A DNA stretch of 64,000 nucleotides from an uncultured Clostridia bacterium (GCA_947168855.1 CAMVNO010000002.1:79987-143986); one strand, 5' to 3'. Shown: positions 9,552-19,839, numbered from the stretch's first letter. The notes: generated by a model from the sequence alone, not told the origin. A program made the numbers and translations.

Positions 9552-10733
9552 TCAGTCGAGCGTGACGCGATAACAGCTTTGTTCGGTCATGACGAGGAAT
9601 CCGCCGTCGCCGTAGCGGAACGCCTCGATCGGAGAATACGACGAATCGAGGTCCATGAGCTTTTTCCCCGCATAGGAGAACTGCAGAAAATGATCCCGCG
9701 TAAAGACGCAGATGCTGCCGTTGAACAGGAACGCGCCGACAACGGGGGACGGCATGTATTTCTGCATGACGTTCGACCAAAGGTCGTCGGTCTCGGAAAT
9801 CGTGATGAGCCGCACGAGGCTGTTTTCCTCGCCCTCCGCCGCCACGGGCAGGGCAATGAAATAGGCGGTCTCGGTTCCGGCGCGGAAATCGACGATCGTG
9901 CTGCCGTAAACCCGCACGCGGTCGCGCTCGGCGGAAAAGCCGCTTTCCTCGCGGTCGAAACGGATGATCGACTGCGTACCGACCATGAAGAGACAGCGGT
10001 CGGATAGATACAGATGATAGATCGTCTGGTTATAGAACGGCGAGGTGTAGTGGATCATGGAGCCGTCGTTGCCGCAGTCGTAGATACGGACGATGGACTC
10101 CTCGGTGAACTGTCCGACGTCCATTGTGGAGACCCACAGAAGCTCGGTCGAGCCCGTGTCGAGGAATCCGAATGCGACGACCTCGCTGTCCTTGAAGGAG
10201 ATCTGGTTGACCGAGTGCATGGCTTTGTCGAGGATCAGGATGAAGCGCTCGTCGCGATCCTCGCCGGGATTTTTGAACAGCAGCGCCGCATAGTTCTTGC
10301 CTGCGCGCACGTCGAGGATCGTGCCGTTGGTCAGCGCCTTGGCTTCCTTCGCGCCCTGGATCATAAACTGGGAGCCCGCGTACACGATCGTCATGGATCC
10401 GGAGCTGTCGTAGCCCTCAATGCCGCCGATCGGATAGAAGGTCGAAGCGTCCTTCGCCGCGTCGTAAAGGTAGATGCGGTTCTCCGTGCGGTAGCTCAGA
10501 CGATCGTCCTTCATGCGGTATGTGTATCCGCTGACGACGTCGGCGCGCGTATAGGTCAGACCCTTTTCACGGCGCCCGAGCAGGACGACCATCAGCGCAA
10601 CGACGCCGGCAATGAGAATACCGGCGGCAAGCCCGAAGAACGCGAGCCGGGATACGGTCACCTGACCGACCGTCAGCTTGCGGTCCGCGCTGTCGCGTAT
10701 GTATTCACGGATGCGTGCGCCAAGGTTGCTCAT
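9552..10733 (-). CDS. Membrane-anchored beta-rich protein (DUF5711-like)
   Basis: Single N-terminal TM helix, beta-strand-rich body, directly upstream of cvpA. Confidence 0.5.
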   Translation of the reverse strand: MSNLGARIREYIRDSADRKLTVGQVTVSRLAFFGLAAGILIAGVVALMVVLLGRREKGLTYTRADVVSGYTYRMKDDRLSYRTENRIYLYDAAKDASTFYPIGGIEGYDSSGSMTIVYAGSQFMIQGAKEAKALTNGTILDVRAGKNYAALLFKNPGEDRDERFILILDKAMHSVNQISFKDSEVVAFGFLDTGSTELLWVSTMDVGQFTEESIVRIYDCGNDGSMIHYTSPFYNQTIYHLYLSDRCLFMVGTQSIIRFDREESGFSAERDRVRVYGSTIVDFRAGTETAYFIALPVAAEGEENSLVRLITISETDDLWSNVMQKYMPSPVVGAFLFNGSICVFTRDHFLQFSYAGKKLMDLDSSYSPIEAFRYGDGGFLVMTEQSCYRVTLD

Positions 10734-10751
10734 GCAGATAAGTTCTCCGGA

Positions 10752-11639
10752 TCAGTTGTTTTTCGGGGCGCGGACCTTAAGCGCGCCGGGCAGCACACGG
10801 AAGGTCACGGGCGTGCCGTCCATACGTTCGCCGTCCACCTCGATGCGCGAAACCGGGTCGCACACGACCGACACCTCGGTCGTTTTGCGATAGGTGATAA
10901 CGGGCAGACCGAGGTGCTTGCCCTTGATGAACTTCGGAAGCAGGCTCAAAAGCCGCAGGCGGTTCACGTCGTGCGCGATGCACACGTCCAGAAGCCCGTC
11001 GGACATGTCGGATTCGGGCAGCACGTTCATGCCGCCGCCGAAATGCGTGCCGACGCCCGCCGCCGCCATCAGTACGTTCCGCTCGATCGTGCCGTCCGGG
11101 AAGGTCAGCGTCGTTTTGCGAAGCTTCAGACCGAGCACCGCCTTGAGACAGCCGAGCCGATACGCGGTCTCGCCGTTTTTGCATTTCGGCTTGAATTCCT
11201 CGGTATAGTCCAGAACGTCCACGTCGAAGCCGAATCCCGCAATGTTGAAAAAGACCTGATCGTTCGCCATGCCGGCGTCAACGGTCCGGGTTTCGCCGTT
11301 CAGAAGAATCGCAAGCGCCGCTTCCGCATCGGTCGGAATGCCGAGTGCGCGCGCGTAATCGTTGCCCGTGCCGCAGGGCAGCAGCCCCAGAATGCGGTCG
11401 GTGTGCACGACGGACAGCGCGGTTTCGCGCAGCGTGCCGTCGCCGCCGACGGCAACGATCACATCGAAGCCTTCGTCGACCGCGGCTTTCGCAAGCTCCG
11501 TGGCATGACCGGGGTACTGTGTTTCGCGGACCGCAAAGTCCGCGCCGCGTGCGTTCAGCAGCGCCTGGATATGATCAATATACGCGCCGGCGCTTCCGCT
11601 GCCGGATGTGCGGTTGGCGATCAGACAATACCGTTCCAT
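10752..11639 (-). CDS. Diacylglycerol/lipid kinase family (YegS/DagK)
   Basis: VGGDGT, LPCGTGND, GFGFD and DGE motifs; GGAGG RBS before MERYCL. Confidence 0.88.
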   Translation of the reverse strand: MERYCLIANRTSGSGSAGAYIDHIQALLNARGADFAVRETQYPGHATELAKAAVDEGFDVIVAVGGDGTLRETALSVVHTDRILGLLPCGTGNDYARALGIPTDAEAALAILLNGETRTVDAGMANDQVFFNIAGFGFDVDVLDYTEEFKPKCKNGETAYRLGCLKAVLGLKLRKTTLTFPDGTIERNVLMAAAGVGTHFGGGMNVLPESDMSDGLLDVCIAHDVNRLRLLSLLPKFIKGKHLGLPVITYRKTTEVSVVCDPVSRIEVDGERMDGTPVTFRVLPGALKVRAPKNN

Positions 11640-11781
11640 TGTTGCCTCCGTGCTCATTCATCCATACTGAATCAATCTATATTACCACAGATCGCGGAGC
11701 GGGTCAAGATTGCCGGGAAGGGCGATCGGACGGCGCATTGCAAACTTTTTGAAACATGAGCGTGAAAAACGGATTCTGCGC

Positions 11782-11810
11782 TTGCTTTCGCCGCGGGCTT
11801 GTGATATGAT
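11782..11810 (+). promoter_or_regulatory. Probable sigmaA promoter of tig
   Basis: TTGCTT-N17-TATGAT with a TG extended -10. Confidence 0.55.
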
Positions 11811-11875
11811 ACCAAAATCCGGCGAAGAATGCCGATTGATTCGGCTTGCAAGGAAATAGATAAGGAGTAAGGAAC

Positions 11876-13171
11876 ATGGCACAACTGGAAAAACTTGAGG
11901 GGAACAAAGCAAAACTGACGATCACGGTCGATGCGGAAACCTTCCGGAAAGCATTGAACGAGGCGTACAAGAAGACGGCGGGCCGCTATGCGGTTCAGGG
12001 CTTCCGCAAGGGGCATGCGCCGCGCAAGGTCATTGAGACCTACTACGGCGCGGGCGTGTTCTATGAGGACGCATTTGAGCTCTGCTGGGGCGAACCGTAC
12101 GACGAGGCGGTCAAGGAGCATGACCTGTTCGTGGTAGACCGTCCCGACGTCGATATCCTTTCCATCGGCGAGGACGAGGGCGTCACCTTCGTTGCGGAGG
12201 TCACCCTGAAGCCCGAAGTGACCCTCGGCGAATACAAAGGTATCGCGGTGCCGAAGGCAGACTATACTGTAACCGATGAGGAAGTCGATCAGGCGCTCGA
12301 AGCGGAGCGCGAGCACCAGGCACGTTTTGTCGACGTCGATCGTCCGGCGGAAAAGGGCGACCGCGTTCTGCTCGACTATTCGGGTTCCGTGGACGGCGAG
12401 AAGTTCGACGGCGGCACGGCGGAGGATCAGACGCTGGTTCTCGGCAGCAACACGTTCATCCCGGGCTTTGAAGACCAGCTTGTGGGCATCAAAGCGGGCG
12501 AATCCCGCGACGTCAACGTGACGTTCCCGACCGAATACCATGCGGAACACCTCGCGGGCAAGGCGGCGGTGTTTGCCTGCACGGTCAAGGCGGTCCAGAT
12601 GAAGGAGCTTCCGGAGATCGACGACGAGTTCATCGGCGACATTTCCGAGTTCGAGACCGTCGATGCATGGAAGGCGGACAAAAAGGAAAAAATGCTTGCG
12701 GAAAAGAAGCAGCGCATGGACGCCATCCGTGAAAACGCGGCGATCAAGGGCGCCTGCGACAACGCGACCGTGGACATTCCCGCCTGCATGATCGACCGTC
12801 AGGTGGAATACATGGTGCAGGACATCAAGTATCGCCTTGCCGGCAGCGGGCTCGACTGGAACACGTATCTCCAGTATACCGGTATGACCGAACAGCAGCT
12901 TCGCGAGACCTATCGCCCCGAGGCGGAAGCGCGCGTCAAGATGCAGCTCGTGATCGAAGCGGTTTGCAAGGCGGAACAAGTCACGGCAACCGATGAGGAC
13001 ATCGAAGCGGAGATCAGGAAGTACGCCGAAAACGGCAACACGGACGTTGAGACCTTCAAGGCGCAGCTCACCGACGCGGATCGCGAATACTTTGCGGATC
13101 GCGTTACGGTCGACAAGACCGTGCAGCTGATCGTCGACGCGGCGGTCGAGACCGAAGAGAAAGCGGAGTAA
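11876..13171 (+). CDS. tig: Trigger factor
   Basis: GFRKGHAP ribosome-binding motif; FKBP domain FIPGFEDQLVG. Confidence 0.97.
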   Translation: MAQLEKLEGNKAKLTITVDAETFRKALNEAYKKTAGRYAVQGFRKGHAPRKVIETYYGAGVFYEDAFELCWGEPYDEAVKEHDLFVVDRPDVDILSIGEDEGVTFVAEVTLKPEVTLGEYKGIAVPKADYTVTDEEVDQALEAEREHQARFVDVDRPAEKGDRVLLDYSGSVDGEKFDGGTAEDQTLVLGSNTFIPGFEDQLVGIKAGESRDVNVTFPTEYHAEHLAGKAAVFACTVKAVQMKELPEIDDEFIGDISEFETVDAWKADKKEKMLAEKKQRMDAIRENAAIKGACDNATVDIPACMIDRQVEYMVQDIKYRLAGSGLDWNTYLQYTGMTEQQLRETYRPEAEARVKMQLVIEAVCKAEQVTATDEDIEAEIRKYAENGNTDVETFKAQLTDADREYFADRVTVDKTVQLIVDAAVETEEKAE

Positions 13172-13183
13172 ATCCGAAACACA

Positions 13184-13297
13184 AATCCGTCAGATTCAGC
13201 GACATGTGCGGCGAAGACGACGGACCGAACCAAAATACCAATCCGTAAAATTCGGCGACATGCGCGGCGAATTTTACACCTTGCAGGACCGCCGCTC
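13184..13297 (+). repeat. Two copies of the palindromic AATCCGTCAAATTCGGCGACATGTGCGGCGAATTTGAC-type element
   Basis: Copies at about 13184 and 13240; homologous copies at 17721-17781 (minus) and 52614-52673. Confidence 0.75.
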
Positions 13298-13384
13298 GCA
13301 TCATCCGCAGGATGATAGGCGGTCCTGAAAAACCACTCTGTCAAAAGTCATTTTGACAGAGTGAGATCTTGAAGGAGGTATCGT

Positions 13385-13969
13385 ATGAACCTGATACCGA
13401 TGGTGGTCGAACAGTCCGGCCACGGCGAGCGCTCCTATGATATCTGGTCGCGCTTGCTGAAGGATCGCATCATCTTCCTCGGCGGTCCGATCGACGACGA
13501 CACCGCAAATCTCGTCATCGCACAGATGCTGTTTTTGGAAGCGGAGGATCCGGACAAGGACATTTTCCTTTATATCAACAGCCCCGGCGGCTCGGTGAGC
13601 GCGGGATTGGCGATCTACGACACGATGCAGTACCTGAAGTGCGAATGCAGCACGATCTGCGTCGGGCTTGCGGCGAGCATGGGCGCGTTCCTGCTTGCGG
13701 CGGGCGCAAAGGGCAAGCGCAAGGCGCTGCCGAACAGCGAGATCATGATCCATCAGCCGAGCGGCGGCGCACAGGGACAGGCGACGGATATCCGCATCCA
13801 CGCGGAGCAGATCATCCGCATCAAGGACCGCCTGAACCGCATCCTTGCAGATCGCACGGGTCAGCCGCTTGAGACGATCGAGCGGGACACCGAGCGCGAC
13901 AATTTCCTGTCGGCGGAGCAGGCGAAGGACTACGGCATCGTAGACGAAATCATTGCACCGAGGAGATAA
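13385..13969 (+). CDS. clpP: ATP-dependent Clp protease proteolytic subunit
   Basis: [26 protein letters not shown]. Confidence 0.98.
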   Translation: MNLIPMVVEQSGHGERSYDIWSRLLKDRIIFLGGPIDDDTANLVIAQMLFLEAEDPDKDIFLYINSPGGSVSAGLAIYDTMQYLKCECSTICVGLAASMGAFLLAAGAKGKRKALPNSEIMIHQPSGGAQGQATDIRIHAEQIIRIKDRLNRILADRTGQPLETIERDTERDNFLSAEQAKDYGIVDEIIAPRR

Positions 13970-13973
13970 CGAA

Positions 13974-15305
13974 ATGGCAGGCACAAGAGACAGAGACAAT
14001 TTCGATCGAGTACGCTGCAGCTTTTGCGGCAAGCAGCGCAGCGAGGTCCGCAAGCTCATTGCGGGTCCGAATGTGTATATCTGCAACGAGTGCGTCGAGC
14101 TGTGCCGTGAGATCGTGCAGGAGGATATGCGCTACGAGCAGCCGAACGAGCAGCAGTCCGCGTACGCAAAGGAAGACATCCCGAAGCCGCAGGAGATCGT
14201 GGCGGCGCTCGATCAGTACGTGATCGGGCAGCAGGACGCGAAGAAGGCGCTTGCCGTTGCGGTGTACAATCACTATAAACGCATCCGGCTGATGGGCAAT
14301 AAAAACGAAGACGTCGAGCTGCAGAAGAGCAACATCATCATGCTCGGACCGACGGGCTGCGGCAAAACGCTGCTCGCGCAGACGCTTGCGAAGATCCTCG
14401 ACGTGCCGTTTGCCATGTCGGACGCGACCGCGTTGACCGAAGCGGGCTACGTCGGCGACGACGTGGAAAACATCCTCTTAAAGCTCATCCAGGCGGCGGA
14501 TTACGACATCGCCAAGGCGCAGATGGGCATCGTCTACATCGACGAGATCGACAAGATCGCGCGGAAGGGCGAGAATGTGTCCATCACGCGCGACGTCTCC
14601 GGCGAGGGCGTGCAGCAGGCGCTTCTGAAGATCCTGGAGGGCACCGTGGCGAACGTCCCCCCGCAGGGCGGCAGAAAGCATCCGCAGCAGGAATGCCTGC
14701 AGATCGACACGACGAACATCCTGTTCATCGTGGGCGGCGCGTTCACGGGCATCGACAAGATCATCCAGAAGCGCACGGGCTCTAAGCTCATGGGCTTCGG
14801 CGCGGAGGTGCGCTCCACGCAGCAGATGGACGTCGGCACGATCCTCAAGGACATCCTGCCCGAGGACCTTCTGAAATTCGGTTTGATCCCCGAGTTCGTT
14901 GGTCGTGTGCCGATCATCGTGACGCTCGAGAACCTCACCGAGGACGCGCTTGTGGAGATCCTCACGGAGCCGAAGAACGCGCTTTCGCGGCAGTATCGCC
15001 GCCTGTTCGAGATGGACGGCGTGGATCTCGTCATCACCGAGGACGCGCTTCGCGAGGTCGCAAAGAAGGCGATCGAACGCAAGACCGGCGCCAGAGGTCT
15101 TCGCGCCATCATGGAGGACGTCATGCTCGGCATCATGTACGACGTTCCCTCCCAGGAGGGCGTCAAGACCGTCGAGATCACGGCGGATACGATCAAAAAG
15201 CTCGCGCCGCCGCGGCTCATCCGGGACGGCGAACCGCAGCCGAAGCTGCCGTCGGGCCGCAAGACCCGCGCGAAAGCAGCCCCCGCGGTCAAAAAAGCGG
15301 AATAA
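13974..15305 (+). CDS. clpX: ATP-dependent Clp protease ATP-binding subunit
   Basis: C4 zinc finger CSFC...[25 protein letters not shown] loop. Confidence 0.97.
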   Translation: MAGTRDRDNFDRVRCSFCGKQRSEVRKLIAGPNVYICNECVELCREIVQEDMRYEQPNEQQSAYAKEDIPKPQEIVAALDQYVIGQQDAKKALAVAVYNHYKRIRLMGNKNEDVELQKSNIIMLGPTGCGKTLLAQTLAKILDVPFAMSDATALTEAGYVGDDVENILLKLIQAADYDIAKAQMGIVYIDEIDKIARKGENVSITRDVSGEGVQQALLKILEGTVANVPPQGGRKHPQQECLQIDTTNILFIVGGAFTGIDKIIQKRTGSKLMGFGAEVRSTQQMDVGTILKDILPEDLLKFGLIPEFVGRVPIIVTLENLTEDALVEILTEPKNALSRQYRRLFEMDGVDLVITEDALREVAKKAIERKTGARGLRAIMEDVMLGIMYDVPSQEGVKTVEITADTIKKLAPPRLIRDGEPQPKLPSGRKTRAKAAPAVKKAE

Positions 15306-15314
15306 AGGAACGGC

Positions 15315-15345
15315 AAAGCAGCCCCGAATGATCGGGGCTGCTTTT
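15315..15345. terminator. Bidirectional terminator between clpX and the flotillin gene
   Basis: AAAGCAGCCCCGA...TCGGGGCTGCTTTT. Confidence 0.8.
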
Positions 15346-15358
15346 GTGTTACAGGGGG

Positions 15359-16930
15359 TTATACGGCGGGTTCCGTGTTCATCACCGTCTGCACGGCGCC
15401 CTGCGGATCGCCCTGCACCGTGACGTTGCGGTTCACCTTCGCGTCGTAGGTGCTTGCCTTCATGACGTCCACAAGGTCGAGCCCGGTGACTTCCTTCATC
15501 GTTTCGATCGTGCGGGCCAGCACGCTCGGCACGAAGCTTCCCATGGTGTCCACGCCGCTTGCGCCGTGACCGCCGTCGATGATCGTCACCTTGTCGATGG
15601 ACTCCAGCGGCTTTGCGATCGACGCCGCCATCTCGGGCAGCGCTTTCACGATCATTTCCATCATTGCCGCCTGCCCGTACTTCCGCATGGCTTCCGCTTT
15701 CTTTTCGAGCGCTTCCGCCTCCGCAATGCCGCGGGCTTCGATCGCCGCCGCTTCCGCTTCGCCGACCGCCTTGATGCCTTCGGCTTCCTGCATCTTCGCG
15801 TACTTTTCGGCTTCCGCCTGTACGCGCTGCGCTTCGGCTTCCTTTTCGCGCTCGAATTTCTCCGCCTCCGCATGGATACGGCGGATCTCCGCCGCCTTTT
15901 CGCGTTCGAACTTCTCGGCTTCCGCCTTGCGCTGCCGTTCGAAGAGCTCCGCTTCCGCCTTCTGCTGACGGGCGAATTTCTCGGCTTCCGCCTTCTTCTT
16001 GATCTCCGCTTCGAGCGTCTGTTCGGTGACCTCGACGCCCTTGCGCTTCAGCTCGATTTCACGCTCCTGGCGCGCAATGTTCGCGTTCGCCGTGGCAACC
16101 TCGATGGTCTTGCGCTGCTCCTGCTGCTGGATCTCGTACGCCGCGTCGGCTTCCGCCTGCTTGAGATCCGACGCCTTCTTCAGCTCCGCTTCGCGAATCC
16201 GAAGCTCGTTCTGACGGGAGGCAATCTCGGTCTGCGCCGCGACCTGCGCTTCGTTTGCCATTCGCTTTGCTTCCGCTTCGGCGATCGCAACGTCGCGTTC
16301 CGCCTGCGCTTTCGCGATCGACGCGTCCTTCTGGATCTGCGACATGTTGTCCTGACCGAGAGCAACGATCAGACCCTTTTCGTCTTCGATCTTCTGGATG
16401 TTGCAGGAGATGATCTCCACACCCAGCGCGTTCATGTCGGTCTGCGCTTTCTGCTGCACCTCGTCGCCGAACTTCTTGCGGTCCGTGTTCAGCTCCTTGA
16501 GCTTGACGGTGCCGATGATCTCACGCATGTTGCCCTGCAGCGAGTCCGTGAGCGCCTTCGTGATCGCTTCCTCGGACATATTCAGGAAGTTCTTCATGGC
16601 GATCTTGATGCCTTCCGGATCGGTCTTCAGCCGAACCTTCGCGACTGCGTCGATGTCCACGCCGATGAAGTCGAGCGTCGGTACGTAACCGTTCGTCTTG
16701 ATGTCGATGCTGATCTGCTTTAAGACCAGCGTGTCCTTTCTCTCCAGGAACGGCAGCTTGATGCCGGCGCGTCCGATCAGGATCTTCGGGCTCTTTTTGA
16801 TGCCCGAAATGATGTATGCCTTGTCCGGGGGCGCCTTGACGTACCCGCTGACGATGATCGCGATCACAATGGCCACCGCTCCCGCGATCAGCCCGATGGT
16901 GAGGCCCGTGTGTGCTGCAATGAAATCCAT
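15359..16930 (-). CDS. Flotillin/SPFH domain protein
   Basis: N-terminal TM, YVKAPPDKAYIISG, SPFH domain, long AEA-rich coiled coil, IAKPLESIDKVTII; AAAGGAG RBS. Confidence 0.9.
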   Translation of the reverse strand: MDFIAAHTGLTIGLIAGAVAIVIAIIVSGYVKAPPDKAYIISGIKKSPKILIGRAGIKLPFLERKDTLVLKQISIDIKTNGYVPTLDFIGVDIDAVAKVRLKTDPEGIKIAMKNFLNMSEEAITKALTDSLQGNMREIIGTVKLKELNTDRKKFGDEVQQKAQTDMNALGVEIISCNIQKIEDEKGLIVALGQDNMSQIQKDASIAKAQAERDVAIAEAEAKRMANEAQVAAQTEIASRQNELRIREAELKKASDLKQAEADAAYEIQQQEQRKTIEVATANANIARQEREIELKRKGVEVTEQTLEAEIKKKAEAEKFARQQKAEAELFERQRKAEAEKFEREKAAEIRRIHAEAEKFEREKEAEAQRVQAEAEKYAKMQEAEGIKAVGEAEAAAIEARGIAEAEALEKKAEAMRKYGQAAMMEMIVKALPEMAASIAKPLESIDKVTIIDGGHGASGVDTMGSFVPSVLARTIETMKEVTGLDLVDVMKASTYDAKVNRNVTVQGDPQGAVQTVMNTEPAV

Positions 16931-17164
16931 GTTTCTCACTCCTTTTCTGTTCGGTCCTCTGTGTTCCGGCGGGGTGTCCCGCCTCTTGCTTACGGGACCA
17001 TCTTACCGCAGCCGCCGCGGTTCCGAAAGGGACGCCGTCTGCAAAAGAGAGGCGCTATTTGCAGCGCGGGTGCAAAATAAAATGCCGTAATCCGCACGTT
17101 TTCCGCTTCACATCCGCGCGCGCACGGTGTATACTGTAGGTACAAAAAGGACGGAGGGATCACA

Positions 17165-17653
17165 ATGGGAAGACGGTCTACCAAAGAGTATAAAAACATC
17201 TATCAGCAGAGCCGCGAGAACCGGGGGCTTTCCCGCGATGCGGCGGAGGAGGTTCTGACGTTCGTGTCGGCTGACCGCATCGAAAAGATCGAAAGCGGCA
17301 GGAGCGCGCCGCATCCGGACGAGGTCCTTGCGATGGAGCAGGGGTACGAAAACCCGGAGCTTTCCAATTATTACTGCACGCACGAGTGCCCGATCGGCAT
17401 GAAGTACGTCCAGAAGGCGGAACTCAAGGAACTGCCGCAGTTGACCGTTGAGCTTCTTTCCGCGCTGCACGCGATGGAGTTGGAGCGGGATAACCTGATC
17501 GACATCTCTGTCGACGGACGCGTCAACGACTTTGAACGCAAGCAGTTCGACGTGATCCTCGGAAAGCTCGCCGCGCTCGACCGCGGCATCCGCGGCATGC
17601 GCATCTGGATCGAGCACGCGTTGTATACCGGCAAATTAGACGACGCGAAATAA
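17165..17653 (+). CDS. XRE-family HTH protein
   Basis: RENRGLSRDAA...RIEKIESG HTH followed by YYCTHECPIG. Confidence 0.75.
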   Translation: MGRRSTKEYKNIYQQSRENRGLSRDAAEEVLTFVSADRIEKIESGRSAPHPDEVLAMEQGYENPELSNYYCTHECPIGMKYVQKAELKELPQLTVELLSALHAMELERDNLIDISVDGRVNDFERKQFDVILGKLAALDRGIRGMRIWIEHALYTGKLDDAK

Positions 17654-17720
17654 CGCTTCGCGTTTCGCCGAAATCAGGATTTCGGCGAGTTTGCATCCAG
17701 CGCCTATGGATCGGGATCGA

Positions 17721-18044
17721 CCGGGCGGCGCAGGTTGAAAGGAGTCAAATCCGCCGCACATGTCGCCGGATTTGACGGATTTTCGTGGTATTTGTTCCTC
17801 CGGGAAGCGCGCCGAACGGCGACGCCGTTCGTTGCAATGTGCACATCTCTAAGCCTCCCTTGCACAGGGGAGCCGGGAAACAACGGACGACCGATGGTCG
17901 TCCCTACAAAGATATACAAGGGGACGCCGGCGCCGGCGCCCCTTTGTGATTCTGTCATTCTGAGGAGCACAGCGACGAAGAATCCTTACGACGCTTTGCA
18001 AGATCCTTCGCTTTGCAAGATCCTTCGCTCTGCTCAGGATGACA
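17721..18044. repeat. Mosaic of palindromic repeats (four families)
   Basis: 17721-17781 CGACATGTGCGG element; about 17852-17877 CCTCCCTTGCACAGGGGAGCC; 17884-17907 GTAG-REP (minus); 17953-18044 GTCATTCTGAG...CTCAGGATGAC. Confidence 0.8.
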
Positions 18045-18050
18045 CCCGGT

Positions 18051-19043
18051 TTATTTACCGCTGACTTTCTTTGCGAACGTGTTGTCGACCAGCTCGTTGA
18101 AATCCGGGCGTCCGGTCAGCTCGCCGTTGAAGTCGATGACGGAGAGCAGCCGTTCGTAGTCCGCCTCCTGCATGACCGGGTCCTTCTTCCACGAGTCCGT
18201 TTCGCGGTAGCTCTTTACAACCGCCATCAGGCTTTCCAAAGACGCGTCGGGGAAATACGGCTGCATCGCCTTTGCGGCGTCCTCGTTGCTTGCGGTCTCG
18301 ATCCATTGCTGCGCTTTATAGATCGCCCGGAGGAACGCCTCGATGCGTTCGGGGTGCTCCGCGATCATCTTCTGTGACGCAAAGTAGCAGGTATACGGCA
18401 CTTCGCCGGATTCGAGCCCGATATTCGCCACGATATAGCCCTTGCCCGCTTTCTGAAACTCGGTTGCGGTCGGCTCGAACAGCGTCACATAATCGCCTTC
18501 GCCGCCCTCGAACGCGCCCGCCATCAGGTTGAACTGGATCGAGTCGATGATCGTGCAGTTCTCGCCGTCGATGAGACCGTTGTTTGCCATGACCCACCGG
18601 AGCGTCATGATCGGCATGCCGCCCTTTCGTCCGCCGATGATCGTCTTGCCCAAAAGATCGTTCCAGGAGAAGCGCTCGGCGGGCTCCCGCGCGATCAGGA
18701 ACGACCCGTCGCGCTTCGTGAGCTGTCCCACGATCACCGGATGGTCCTCCTTGCCCTCGTTCATGACATACACGCCGGTTTCGGGCCCGGCAAGGCACAG
18801 GTCGGCGTCGCCGGAAAGAAGCGCGGTCATCGCCTTTTCGCTGCCGCCGGAGGTTGTGATCTCCACATGGAGTCCTTCCTCCTCAAAGAAGCCCAGCGAC
18901 ATCGCGATATACTGCGGCGCGTAGAATACCGAGCGTGTGACCTCGTGCAGCTCAAGCGTGACCGTCTCTTGTTCTGCCGGCTTGCAGGCAAGCGGCAGCA
19001 GAAGAAGCAGGACTGCAAGCAGGATCGGAATCGTTCGTTTCAT
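18051..19043 (-). CDS. ABC transporter substrate-binding lipoprotein (NMT1/THI5/SsuA-like)
   Basis: Lipobox LPLAC; HEVTRSVFYAPQYIA, GGRKGGMP, LFEPTA. Confidence 0.8.
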   Translation of the reverse strand: MKRTIPILLAVLLLLLPLACKPAEQETVTLELHEVTRSVFYAPQYIAMSLGFFEEEGLHVEITTSGGSEKAMTALLSGDADLCLAGPETGVYVMNEGKEDHPVIVGQLTKRDGSFLIAREPAERFSWNDLLGKTIIGGRKGGMPIMTLRWVMANNGLIDGENCTIIDSIQFNLMAGAFEGGEGDYVTLFEPTATEFQKAGKGYIVANIGLESGEVPYTCYFASQKMIAEHPERIEAFLRAIYKAQQWIETASNEDAAKAMQPYFPDASLESLMAVVKSYRETDSWKKDPVMQEADYERLLSVIDFNGELTGRPDFNELVDNTFAKKVSGK

Positions 19044-19114
19044 AAGTTCCTCCTCATTCGTTTTTCTGCATGATATGCCGATTGCAAAATTCGTGTGATT
19101 TTACGGGAAACGGG

Positions 19115-19144
19115 TTTACAAATCCGAAACCGGTACGGTATAAT
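19115..19144 (+). promoter_or_regulatory. sigmaA promoter of the ireB operon
   Basis: TTTACA-N18-TATAAT. Confidence 0.6.
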
Positions 19145-19164
19145 AATAAACGGAGGAATATGCT

Positions 19165-19416
19165 ATGGAAAACAAAGGCGATACCATTCAATTTACCGCG
19201 CCGAGAGACGTCAAGACGGCAGAGGACGTGCTGATGACCGTCTATTCCGCCATGCGGGAAAAGGGTTACGATCCGGTCAACCAGATCGTCGGCTACCTGC
19301 TTTCCGGCGATCCGACGTACATCACCAGCCACAACAATGCGCGCTACCTGATCCTCAGAATGGAGCGGGACGAGCTCATCGAGGAGCTTGTGCGCTTCTA
19401 CGTCGAAAAGCATTGA
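19165..19416 (+). CDS. ireB: IreB/ReoM family regulatory phosphoprotein (UPF0297)
   Basis: [29 protein letters not shown]. Confidence 0.92.
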   Translation: MENKGDTIQFTAPRDVKTAEDVLMTVYSAMREKGYDPVNQIVGYLLSGDPTYITSHNNARYLILRMERDELIEELVRFYVEKH

Positions 19417-19838
19417 AGCAGCGCATGGTTGCGCTGGACGTCGGCGACAGGCGCATCGGCGTCGCGGTGTCCGATCCTCTCTGGATCACCGCGCAGGGCG
19501 TCGAGACGTACCGGCGGACCGAAAGCACGAAAAAGGACGTCGCGCATATTGTGGAGATCCTGAACCGCTACGCACCGTGTCGGCTCCTTTTGGGCTTGCC
19601 CATGAACATGAACGGCACGGTCGGCGAGCAGGGGGAGAAGGTGCAGCGCTTCGCCGAAGCCATTCAAAAGCAATGGGACGGCGAACTGCTCTTTTTCGAT
19701 GAGCGCCTCACCACCATGGCGGCGCGGCGCGTGCTCGTGGACGCGGATATCTCGCGCGAAAAGCAGAAAAAGGTCATCGACAAGCTGGCCGCCGTGCTGA
19801 TTTTGCAGGGATATATGGACTCGCATCCGAACGGATAG
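19413..19838 (+). CDS. ruvX: YqgF/RuvX putative pre-16S rRNA nuclease
   Basis: [35 protein letters not shown]; TTG start overlaps the ireB stop. Confidence 0.92.
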   Translation: MKQRMVALDVGDRRIGVAVSDPLWITAQGVETYRRTESTKKDVAHIVEILNRYAPCRLLLGLPMNMNGTVGEQGEKVQRFAEAIQKQWDGELLFFDERLTTMAARRVLVDADISREKQKKVIDKLAAVLILQGYMDSHPNG

Positions 19839-19839
19839 A

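Noticed and set aside
13334-13363. CtsR box upstream of clpP
   Set aside because: CtsR sites are direct heptad repeats and this is an inverted repeat, so it is kept only as an unassigned element
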